Source: an archaeon
Lineage (GTDB): Archaea > EX4484-52 > B79-G9
Assembly: GCA_043813875.1 (NCBI GenBank)
Contig: JBDRKP010000018.1
Coordinates: 1 to 19,744, forward strand
Direction: 5' to 3'
DNA: 19,744 nt
In this document: positions 1 through 8,100 of the stretch, in pieces
Layout: each line of letters opens with the position of its first letter
Position numbering within the stretch: position 1 is the stretch's first letter
Position numbers and translations under genes: made by a program
The notes under the pieces: model-generated
Databases searched by the model: none
What the model was told of the DNA's origin: nothing
What the model saw: only the letters and a program-made list of their open reading frames with translations

Positions 1-101
1 CTGATGCTTATTTTTTGAACGGATGCTATATATTTGTTTTTGATACCTTTACTTTTTTGGTTTATTATCCACCTGATCTTCTTTTGGTTTAGTTTTTTCA
101 T
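1..101 (-). CDS. N-terminus of a probable IS481-family transposase (HTH region, partial)
   Basis: Manual translation from ATG at 101: MKKLNQKKIRWIINQKSKGIKNKYIASVQKISI..., open to the window edge. It resembles the N-terminal HTH of archaeal IS481-type transposases (from memory). Not in the ORF track. Confidence 0.6.
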   Translation of the reverse strand, partial: MKKLNQKKIRWIINQKSKGIKNKYIASVQKISI

Positions 102-141
102 GTATTCTATCGTAGGGGGGAAAGTATTTCGGGATAATACA
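1..141 (-). mobile_element. Left end of a probable IS481-family insertion sequence (runs off the window)
   Basis: The minus strand reads TGTTATATCCCGAAATACTTT from 141, a 5'-TGT terminus as in IS481-family IRs, 40 bp upstream of a transposase-like ORF start. The partner end is outside the window. Confidence 0.6.
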
Positions 142-221
142 CCAGTTGAATTTGAAGCAAAGGTATTAAATATTTCGTTATCTTAGTGTCCTGATGGAGG
201 GGTGCACTCCAGTTTATACAA

Positions 222-608
222 ATGATATCTAAATTTCACAAATATTGGATGCCGGTTGTTGTGTGGGCGCTCATAATGCTTTTTGTGAGCACGATGCCGG
301 GGGAGGCTCTTGAGAAAATGGATGGCGGGAGCGGAAAGGTGAGCAGTTATTCATACATATGGCATTTTTTTGAGTTCCTGGTGCTCAGCTTCCTTCTTTT
401 CCGGGCGATAAGCCTTGACAACAAGTACGGGCGAATGAAAGTGATTGCGCTGGTGATTGCGGTCTCTTTTGCTTATTCCTTTCTTACTGAATTCATGCAG
501 CTTTATGTGCCGGGAAGGTTTTTTGACTATTCGGATATCATGGTCAATAATATCGGCGCTGTCGCGGGACTCGCCGGAATAAAATATCGCATTTCAGATG
601 AAGTATAA
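222..608 (+). CDS. VanZ-family membrane protein
   Basis: Hydrophobic 128 aa with HFFEFLVL, E..Q...PGR.F...D...N..GA, the VanZ-like signature. TATA-like TATTAAATA lies upstream. Confidence 0.85.
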   Translation: MISKFHKYWMPVVVWALIMLFVSTMPGEALEKMDGGSGKVSSYSYIWHFFEFLVLSFLLFRAISLDNKYGRMKVIALVIAVSFAYSFLTEFMQLYVPGRFFDYSDIMVNNIGAVAGLAGIKYRISDEV

Positions 609-818
609 AAGACCATGAAATCGCTCTTAAGACAAGTCAATAGCTGATTCGCGAGTATTGTGAAGAGAACTGGAAATCATACGCACAGACAATATGGGAG
701 CGGAAATGATATGGCTCTGATGCAACGGCAATCAATATAGAGATATAACCATAAAAGGAGATAGATTATAATCCCTATTATGAGAATATTGGCGGCTCTT
801 TTTGAGGGCGCCAATCTT

Positions 819-1874
819 TCAGCCAGAACGCTTTGAAGATAATTTTGTCGTGATATTGGCTGCATTATGAGTTCCACTCACTGCTTTCTTGCTGTTCTTG
901 AGGGTCTTCGGTTTGGGGAGGTCTTTCTTGTAGACGATTGTCCTGTAGGGGAACGGGATCTCTATGCCTTCTTTGTCGAAGCGCTTCTTGATGCTCTCGA
1001 GAAGCTCGTAGCCGATACGGATGCCTACAGCCTCATCAGGCGCCCAGAACAACAGCCGGAGCATTATGCTGCTGTCGCCGTATTGCCTCAGCCGCACGAC
1101 CGGTATCTCAGGAGAGTTTACCAGCGACTTGCTTTTTTGGATATCCAATATCACGTCCTTGTGGCTTCTTGTTTCCTCAAGCATTATCTTTCTTGCAAGG
1201 TCTATGTCTGAATCGTAGCTTATGCCAATGTCTATGAATTTGAGTATCTTTGGATCTGTTATCGTGTAATTGATGATTGATTCCTTGCTTATGATGTGAT
1301 TGGGGATGATTATGCGCTTGTTTTCCCAGGTCTTTATGACTGTGTGGCGCAGAGTTATATCTTCAACTATCCCATCCTCGTTTGCGATCCTCAGGCGATC
1401 TCCAAGACGGAACGGCTGGTACATAGCGATCGTGAGACCTGCCACGAGATTGGCAAGAGAGTCCTGGGCAGCAAGACCGACAATTATGCCCAACACACCG
1501 ACGCTTGCGAAAATACCGACTCCAATCGCTCTTAGAGGGGGTATGTAATAGAGGAGAAGAACGAAACCAATTATATAGATCGAGGCCTTAACTAAACTTC
1601 TTACAACCCTTTGGCGCGTAATATCAAGCTTCTTCTTGGAGTTCTTTTCGAGATGAAAGAATGCGTGGTCTACAATTCCTGCGACCAGTGGGGTGAGCAC
1701 GATTATCAATAAGGGTATGATTATGTTGTATTCCAGAAAATCCGCCAGTTGCACAGATTGTATCTCTTTTAAGATGTTGAGGCCGGTTATCTCTAATGCA
1801 ACTGCTTGCTGGAACATGTCATTCACGAAGCCATTTGTTTTTTGCTGATTCTTGATTGTGTTGTGCGCAGGCAT
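819..1874 (-). CDS. mscS: Small-conductance mechanosensitive channel (MscS family)
   Basis: TM helices followed by GLAAQDSLANLVAG, PFRLGDRL, G.VEDITLRHT, IIPN and GIEIPFP. The start may instead be the Met at 1817. Confidence 0.93.
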   Translation of the reverse strand: MPAHNTIKNQQKTNGFVNDMFQQAVALEITGLNILKEIQSVQLADFLEYNIIIPLLIIVLTPLVAGIVDHAFFHLEKNSKKKLDITRQRVVRSLVKASIYIIGFVLLLYYIPPLRAIGVGIFASVGVLGIIVGLAAQDSLANLVAGLTIAMYQPFRLGDRLRIANEDGIVEDITLRHTVIKTWENKRIIIPNHIISKESIINYTITDPKILKFIDIGISYDSDIDLARKIMLEETRSHKDVILDIQKSKSLVNSPEIPVVRLRQYGDSSIMLRLLFWAPDEAVGIRIGYELLESIKKRFDKEGIEIPFPYRTIVYKKDLPKPKTLKNSKKAVSGTHNAANITTKLSSKRSG

Positions 1875-1893
1875 ATATTGAATGAAGGAGTAT

Positions 1894-2853
1894 TTATATT
1901 TTCTTCGTTTTTTTAGAATCCGTATTTGAGAGACTGACTTCCATTGTCTCTGAAGCGATCTTTATATCTTTGGATTTGCTTATCTCTTCAAGTATCAACC
2001 GGCTCAGCTTGCTGTGTAAAAAGCGCCTGCTTCTCACATCTGTCACATATCTTATGCTGAAATCTATCCAGTTGTCTGTCAGCTTTATGAATATCGCGGG
2101 CTCTATGCTTCTTTTGTGCAGATAATATTTCTCTTCCAGTTTCGATATCTCTTTTTCGGCCTGAGCGGTCGTGTCTTTTGTCTCTTTCTGGATTATCGAC
2201 ATGAAGCTGTCGAACGCTTTTTTCCAGTCACTGTCGTATGTTATCGGTATCTGTATCTCGTCCCAGATGAAGCTGTGGTCCTTGGTGTAATTGTTGACTG
2301 CCTCTGAGAGAACGCAGCCGTTCGGGACGATGGTCAGCCTTCCGCTTGCCTGGTCGCCTTCTACCCAGCCTCTTAATTCCATCATGGTCGTGTATAAGAT
2401 GCCTATGTCGATAACATCACCGTATCTTGAGCTGATCTCGATCCTGTCGCCCACGCGGTAGATGCCTGTCGTGAATATCACAACTCCGCCTACAAAGTTC
2501 CTGAAGAAGTCCTGCAATGCGATCGCAACGCCGGCAGCGATCAGGCCATAGGTGACAAGAAGTGTCTCTGGGTTCTCTACCCAGATGCTCATCAGGACTA
2601 TCAAAGATATTACGATATCGAGGGTAGAGGTGGCTTTCTTGAAAGAATAACGGGTCTTTGTGTTCTTTATGCTTTTGAGGGTTATCTCTTCAAAGACTGA
2701 AAAGATGATATATATGATGGTAAGCGCGATGAATGTATGAAGGGTTTTTGTTATTATAGCAGCCGGATAGTCCTGGCCGATGAACCATAACAAGACAGAT
2801 ATCATAATCAGAATCAATACATTGATCACTTTGCTTATTATCATTACGGTCAA
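1894..2853 (-). CDS. mscS: Second MscS-family mechanosensitive channel
   Basis: IALQDFFRNFVGG, YRVGDRIEI, GDVIDIGILYT, IVPNG and WDEIQIPITYDSDW. The true start may be ATG at 2844. Confidence 0.92.
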   Translation of the reverse strand: MTVMIISKVINVLILIMISVLLWFIGQDYPAAIITKTLHTFIALTIIYIIFSVFEEITLKSIKNTKTRYSFKKATSTLDIVISLIVLMSIWVENPETLLVTYGLIAAGVAIALQDFFRNFVGGVVIFTTGIYRVGDRIEISSRYGDVIDIGILYTTMMELRGWVEGDQASGRLTIVPNGCVLSEAVNNYTKDHSFIWDEIQIPITYDSDWKKAFDSFMSIIQKETKDTTAQAEKEISKLEEKYYLHKRSIEPAIFIKLTDNWIDFSIRYVTDVRSRRFLHSKLSRLILEEISKSKDIKIASETMEVSLSNTDSKKTKKI

Positions 2854-2925
2854 CTTCTCTATGTCTTTGGATAAGGAGGTATAAGGCTAATTCTTGGAAC
2901 CCTTCAAAATTTACCAATATCCATC

Positions 2926-3390
2926 TCAATCATTTTTGGGTTTTATCGGCTCGTTCAGCATGACGCTGTCTCCGATGGCTGCGATATAGTCTGATGTTAT
3001 GACAATCTCTTCTTTGGAGTCTTCTGCATCAACTTTGATTGATATCAGTTTGTTTGTAAGCTTGGAGCGGTTGACCTCTTTTACTTTACCCACATGTCTG
3101 CCGATCGAATCGAATACTTTCAGACCGATGAATTCAGTCACAGGGGTAATCTTGAGTACTGCCCCATGCTCTGTGAGGGAGTTGATGTAATTCTCACCGA
3201 TGTAGTGGTCCGGTTCAAACATGCCTGTGTCGATTGTTATGCCCTCGATTGTCAATTCTTTGGGATGGATATGGATCGCCTTTACTTTTCCTATAGATTT
3301 ACCGTCCTCTGTCAGCACTTTCTGACCGAGGACTTTTTTCACGTTCACTGTCTCGTTCAACGGCAAACTCTTATGTTTTGTCTGTTCCAT
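2926..3390 (-). CDS. Tandem PRC-barrel domain protein
   Basis: Two repeats: LGQKVLTEDGKSIGKVKAI and IGLKVFDSIGRHVGKVKEV...IAAIGDSVML. A GAGGTG RBS lies upstream (3403-3398). Confidence 0.85.
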   Translation of the reverse strand: MEQTKHKSLPLNETVNVKKVLGQKVLTEDGKSIGKVKAIHIHPKELTIEGITIDTGMFEPDHYIGENYINSLTEHGAVLKITPVTEFIGLKVFDSIGRHVGKVKEVNRSKLTNKLISIKVDAEDSKEEIVITSDYIAAIGDSVMLNEPIKPKND

Positions 3391-3422
3391 TCTTTAACAC
3401 CTCTTTGATTTTAACTGATGGC

Positions 3423-3438
3423 TATAAATAAAAAAAAA
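3423..3438 (-). promoter_or_regulatory. Oligo-T tract plus TATA-like box (possible terminator of the upstream gene and promoter of the PRC/MscS genes)
   Basis: The minus strand reads T9-ATTTATA about 33-48 bp upstream of the PRC ATG and downstream of the small membrane protein gene. Confidence 0.4.
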
Positions 3439-3495
3439 GATATCTTCCGGAATTCTCACAAATATCTGGCTGTATTTTTCAGATATCCAAGTACC

Positions 3496-3711
3496 TTATT
3501 TCTGGATCGCTGAACCGATCATCGCCGCTGCTGTGACGATGCCTGCTGTGAGCAATATCATGTCGCCTGTGACATCGGCCAGACCTGCCCATGTTGCGCC
3601 CATCTTTATTATCCATACTGTCAGCATGAAGTAGACGATACCTACGAAAATCAATACTACGGATGCTGCTACTGTTACGAAAAGTGCGCTCAAATCTTTC
3701 AGACCACTCAT
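3496..3711 (-). CDS. Small two-TM hypothetical membrane protein (71 aa)
   Basis: MSGLKDLSALFVTVAASVVLIFVGIVYF...AAAMIGSAIQK. A GGTGG RBS precedes ATG 3711, so the ORF-track start at 3807 is probably over-extended. Confidence 0.7.
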   Translation of the reverse strand: MSGLKDLSALFVTVAASVVLIFVGIVYFMLTVWIIKMGATWAGLADVTGDMILLTAGIVTAAAMIGSAIQK

Positions 3712-3844
3712 ACTACCACCCCGAATATATTTCTGATGATATATATTGGACTCGCAGTTATTTAAGTATGAGTGTATCCAATGAGCCTGAAAACAGTGCT
3801 GCGACATTGAGTGAGGTGCTAAAAAGAGGCATTAAGACAATCTG

Positions 3845-6313
3845 TTAATTCTTAACCGATGATGCAACCAGAGCATAACCCTGCCCTGTGCTTGTCCTTA
3901 TTTTTTTTGCAATGACAGTGATTTTGTACTGGCCTTGTTCCGGAACAGGTATTATTACGCGCTCGACCACATTGTTGTTTAAGCGCGGGTCCTTTGATGG
4001 AGGATTTGCCTGTGATTTTTTACCATCTTTTGTGAATGTGTTGCCCAGATAGATTTTCCCTGTCGGTGAGATGACTTCGAGGTCCAGGTCATTTTCCAGC
4101 GGTTCTTTGGGCGCATCTGTCCAGACGAGTGTTATCTTAATGGGGGTAGATTTTGTGAACTGGATCGCGTATGTTTTTTTGGTCCCTGATCTTGTCAAGA
4201 CGGTTGAATCGACATCCTGAAACCATACGTTTGAACTGTTGCCGCCTGGAAAGAGCGATTCGGTGATATTTGCGAGACCCCAGCCCTCGCACATGTTGGG
4301 ATAGCCTTTGCAGGTCACGTTTTTCTGTGACGGATATTTGAGGCCGTTATCCTGATCAGGAAGGTCGGTGGCGCCGTTTATCAATGTGGCTTTCACCAAT
4401 GCTGCGCTTGGTCGGATGTGATTCTTTATCTTTTTGTAGTATTCACGGATGAGCGCTGCAAGGCCTGCCACGTGCGGCGCTGCCATGCTTGTCCCGCTGT
4501 TGAAGAAGTAGAATCCATCACTCTCTTTCAATTTCTGGCTGCCTGGGAGACCTCTGGCTATGCAGTTGTCATGCGTGAAGTTGGTCTTTGTTTCCATGAC
4601 ACGATCACCAATTGTCTCTTTGGACTTTATGCCGTCGATGCAGACGCTTGATCTTGCCGATAGTATCCATGTGCCTGGAGCTACTATGTCCGGCTTTATC
4701 CTGCCGGTTATCTCATCGCCTTTGCTGCTGAATGATGCAACTTTCTGTGGATCTTTTGATGAGGGAGGAGTAGGTCTTGAGGTTTCTGTCGCTCCCACGG
4801 TAATCACATTTTTTGATCTTGCGGTGTTGCTCAGGGAATCAGCGCCGCGCTGCATCACATTCCCGTCTTTTGATAAGAAGGTGTATGTTGCGTCATTGCC
4901 GGCAGAAAAGACAATCACGGATTCCTTGTTGTTCCATAAATACCGGTCAATGTCTTCTACACGCGGAGTGTATAGTCCCTGGCAAGCGGCCCAGCTGTTG
5001 CTGTGGATTGTCGAGCCGTTGAAAATAGAGGTGTAATCAAGCGGCAGGCCGGCAAGAGTCATGGATCCCTCTGATCTCATAAATACTTTTTTCTCTACAG
5101 GATCGATCTCAATCTCTCCGAAACAAGATGATGCTACGGGCTTTGTGGTTCCGACGCTTTTCTTTTCGGTTCCAAGGGCCTGGAATATTAGTTTCGCTTT
5201 GGGGGCGCTACCACTCTCTTTACCTCCTGACGCTTTGCCGCTGCCGACAGCAGATGCCGCCACATGAGTGCCGTGGCCTGTAAGGTCTGCCTTTGTGCCT
5301 GTTCCCATGTCATCTATCCTTATGACGCGACCTCTTAAATCGGGATGCAGCGTAGAGATGACACCTGTATCCAGACCGGAATCGGCTATAGTGATTATCT
5401 CGCCTTCTCCTTCGAGGGCGAATCTGCTGTTTGCTGTTCTTGCGCCTGTGATCGTGCCGGCGTACTCGTTCGTGTAGCGCAATACGGGGGAAGGGTTGAT
5501 CAGATTGATATCGGGCATCAATATAAGGTCCAATAAGACGGACTGGCTTATTGTGACAACAAGAAGGTCATCGGATGATGAGATTATCGTTCCGCCAAGA
5601 GCCGCGATCTTATTTCTGACTGCATTGATGTTGTCGTAGACGTAGATGTCCATCGTGAGGTCTGTTGTCCCGTCCATCAGGCTCCCGTTCTCGTAGAAGT
5701 ACTGGCCTAAGAATAGTTCAGGAAATATCCTGTTCGCTGGCTGGTAGATGCCGGCAGCCCTGACTCTTGGAGCGGATGATAGCATCTCTAATGTCCGGTT
5801 AGACCTGACTATGTAGACATCGCCTTCAAAAGTGTCGTAGTTCACTGCATCAATCGAGCTGAAGAAGGCATCCAGTCCTGAGTAGTCGAAATCTTCTGAT
5901 AACTGGACATAATAGTAGCCTGTCTCCTGTGAGGTTGTTATGTTTGGAATGTATCTTTCCGGCTCTTTTTTAGGGTCGAATGTCCCTGCCCTCAGGAAGA
6001 TGTTCCGGTCACAGGCAGATCCTTTCCTGTCCTGGTCACGGTCATACTGGTATGGATTGAAGTCCAGCGGGCAGTTGTCTATGCTGTTGCTGATATTGTC
6101 GCCGTCGGTATCATAATCGCAGGCATCGCCGATGCCATCATTGTCGGCGTCTTCCTGGTATGGGTTTTGGGCTCCCAGGCAGTTGTCTTCTGTGTCTTTG
6201 ACTGTATCATTGTCAAGATCCGGGGATGAGGTAAGGATATATGCGCAAATGCATATGAGGACTATGCCGCACATGGCTATGACGGCGACGATGCGTTTTT
6301 GAGTCTTTTGCAT
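3845..6313 (-). CDS. Membrane-anchored or secreted S8 subtilisin-like serine protease (KP-43-like) with N-terminal thrombospondin type-3 repeats
   Basis: Catalytic motifs IADSG, GHGTHVA, SAGND and SGTSMAAPHV. C-terminal ITLVWTD...NDLDL...NNVVERV domain. TSP3 motifs DNC...NP.Q.D.D.DGIGDACD. N-terminal TM. A TTTATA box and GGAGG lie upstream of ATG 6313. Confidence 0.92.
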   Translation of the reverse strand: MQKTQKRIVAVIAMCGIVLICICAYILTSSPDLDNDTVKDTEDNCLGAQNPYQEDADNDGIGDACDYDTDGDNISNSIDNCPLDFNPYQYDRDQDRKGSACDRNIFLRAGTFDPKKEPERYIPNITTSQETGYYYVQLSEDFDYSGLDAFFSSIDAVNYDTFEGDVYIVRSNRTLEMLSSAPRVRAAGIYQPANRIFPELFLGQYFYENGSLMDGTTDLTMDIYVYDNINAVRNKIAALGGTIISSSDDLLVVTISQSVLLDLILMPDINLINPSPVLRYTNEYAGTITGARTANSRFALEGEGEIITIADSGLDTGVISTLHPDLRGRVIRIDDMGTGTKADLTGHGTHVAASAVGSGKASGGKESGSAPKAKLIFQALGTEKKSVGTTKPVASSCFGEIEIDPVEKKVFMRSEGSMTLAGLPLDYTSIFNGSTIHSNSWAACQGLYTPRVEDIDRYLWNNKESVIVFSAGNDATYTFLSKDGNVMQRGADSLSNTARSKNVITVGATETSRPTPPSSKDPQKVASFSSKGDEITGRIKPDIVAPGTWILSARSSVCIDGIKSKETIGDRVMETKTNFTHDNCIARGLPGSQKLKESDGFYFFNSGTSMAAPHVAGLAALIREYYKKIKNHIRPSAALVKATLINGATDLPDQDNGLKYPSQKNVTCKGYPNMCEGWGLANITESLFPGGNSSNVWFQDVDSTVLTRSGTKKTYAIQFTKSTPIKITLVWTDAPKEPLENDLDLEVISPTGKIYLGNTFTKDGKKSQANPPSKDPRLNNNVVERVIIPVPEQGQYKITVIAKKIRTSTGQGYALVASSVKN

Positions 6314-6365
6314 ATGAATATGTTGTCCTCCCAGATATAAATATGGCTTTGCCTGCATTTTGGGG

Positions 6366-6636
6366 TCCTGACAATTATAGTCAAAAGCATAACTTTTTCA
6401 TGGCACTTACATGCCAAGCTTTCGAGGACTTCGTCCTCAAAATAGACAAATGCTTTTGCCATATCATTAAAAATCGTTTACGATTTTTATGATTTCGAAA
6501 ATTTGTTCCAAATTTTCAATTTTCGAAATTCGAAATGGGTGAGCATTTCGAAAATTCAGCAAACTTGAGAGTTTGCCCGAATCCTTAAAATTGCGTAGCA
6601 ATTTTAGCAGCCAGCAAATCACTGATTTGCCAGGAT
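6366..6636 (-). other. Hairpin-dense non-coding element (candidate structured RNA/ssDNA element or palindromic non-autonomous mobile element)
   Basis: Eight local inverted repeats plus enclosing stems in about 270 bp; coordinates are given in the findings. The structure is directly visible, the function is unknown. Confidence 0.6.
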
Positions 6637-6727
6637 AGATTAAAGCTTATTGATTTTTGATTATATTTGTTCTGAGAGTTACAGCTTTAACTATAGTTTT
6701 TTATGGTTTGCTATCCTATCTGATGAT

Positions 6728-7714
6728 ATGAGCAGGAGTTCTTTTAATGCGTCAGCCCCGGGGAATGTGTTCTTTTTCGGGGAGTTCGCTGTCATCTATA
6801 ATAAGCCTTGTGTGATCGCTTCTGTCGACAGGAGGACTACGGTTTCTGTCTCTTTGAGATCGGATGACAAGGTTGCTGTCGATTCGGCGGCTTTCGGGAG
6901 GGCGAGCGCGGTGCTTGACAAGAGGCTCGGGAGCTATGAAGGGAAGGCGACGGAACTATATCCTGTTCTTGATTTTCTGGGCGATATCGCATCGAAGCTT
7001 GGTGTTGATTCAGGATTTGATTTGTCGATAAAGTCTGATGTCCCTGTCAATTCGGGGATGAGCAGCTCGACTGCGGTTTTCTGTTCAATACTTAAGGCGG
7101 TTTCGGCGATGGCCGGCAGGGAGATTGACAATAAGGATTATTTTGACTGGATCTATCCGCACCAGGTGAAGATACATGGGGGGAAGGCGTCCGGTTCAGA
7201 GATTGTGTCTTCTTCGGTCGGGGGCTTCAATATGGTGAGGAAGACGGATAAGGGCGTGAAGTTCGATTCTTTGGGAGAGCATAAGTTTTCTGTGGTCATC
7301 GGGGATACGATGGTTTCGGCGCCTACGTCGCTTACTGTGGGTTATCACCTGCCTTCGATGGAGAAGAGGTTCCCGAGGATGGTCAGCGGGATTTTTAATT
7401 CTATCGAGAAGCTTGCTCTTGATGCGAGAGAGCCTATCCAGTGCGAGGATATTGATGAGATCGGGCGGATGATGAATGAGAACCAAAAGCTGCTTGTGCA
7501 GCTCGGGATGTCGCATCCGAAGCTTGATGACTGCATAAATGCGGCTATCGATGCCGGGGCTGCCGGCGCTAAGCTGTCAGGGGGCGGATGGGGAGGCATC
7601 ATGGTTGCGCTCTGCTATCCGAAGGACCAGAACAAGGTCATGAAAGGGATTGCCGAGACCGGGGCGAATGTGATCAAGACTGAAATCGGGGTTGCCGGGG
7701 CACGGAGCGAGTGA
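6728..7714 (+). CDS. Mevalonate-kinase-like GHMP kinase with atypical active-site residues
   Basis: SAPGNVFFFGEFAVIY (motif I), PVNSGMSSSTA (motif II) and GAKLSGGGWGG (motif III), in a mevalonate gene neighbourhood. Start reassigned to ATG 6728. Confidence 0.8.
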   Translation: MSRSSFNASAPGNVFFFGEFAVIYNKPCVIASVDRRTTVSVSLRSDDKVAVDSAAFGRASAVLDKRLGSYEGKATELYPVLDFLGDIASKLGVDSGFDLSIKSDVPVNSGMSSSTAVFCSILKAVSAMAGREIDNKDYFDWIYPHQVKIHGGKASGSEIVSSSVGGFNMVRKTDKGVKFDSLGEHKFSVVIGDTMVSAPTSLTVGYHLPSMEKRFPRMVSGIFNSIEKLALDAREPIQCEDIDEIGRMMNENQKLLVQLGMSHPKLDDCINAAIDAGAAGAKLSGGGWGGIMVALCYPKDQNKVMKGIAETGANVIKTEIGVAGARSE

Positions 7715-7847
7715 GGAGCTTATTTCCTGAATGTTGTCTTTGCAGCCTGCGCGGGCATTGCAGGTTTTATTCTTATGAGAATATTTCTTCTTATCGGAAT
7801 ATATTTTTCAGGAATGTTAATAAGAAAGGAAGGATATTGAATGGAGT

Positions 7848-7997
7848 ATGCCAGATGAATATAAACCACAAAAATCAGGGTATATAACAGATTTCCACGA
7901 TATAGGTGGAGCACATCCCGTAACTGTCGGCTTCACACCATTGTATGAATCAAAGATAGATCGCAGGGGTCCTCATCCTGTTGTGGATATGAAATAG
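7848..7997 (+). CDS. Putative 49-aa small protein
   Basis: MPDEYKPQKSGYITDFHDIGGAHPVTVGFTPLYESKIDRRGPHPVVDMK*, with purine-rich GGAAGGA/GGAG upstream. It is below the ORF-track cutoff. Confidence 0.3.
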   Translation: MPDEYKPQKSGYITDFHDIGGAHPVTVGFTPLYESKIDRRGPHPVVDMK

Positions 7998-8100
7998 CGT
8001 GAATGCCAAAACCAGTTGTGCTTTGGAAGAATATAATTCTTAAATAATCTGATTCTTCCACAGTTATGACTATAGGTTTTATGATGCGCGAATTATTTTT

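Noticed and set aside
677..877. 66-aa minus-strand ORF with a hydrophobic, Cys-containing tail
   Set aside because: It overlaps the MscS 3' end and lacks a convincing independent start. It may be a gene remnant but cannot be supported.
6366..6636. Hairpin cluster as a CRISPR array, tRNA or simple terminator; also ORF 6277..6462
   Set aside because: The hairpins are not copies of one repeat and there is no cloverleaf or T-loop consensus. The element lies between divergent genes, where a terminator is not expected. The short ORF has no recognisable features.
7712..7714. TGA recoding (Sec or alternative genetic code)
   Set aside because: Conserved genes here (both HMGRs, thiolase) end at TGA at their expected lengths, and no SECIS was identified.
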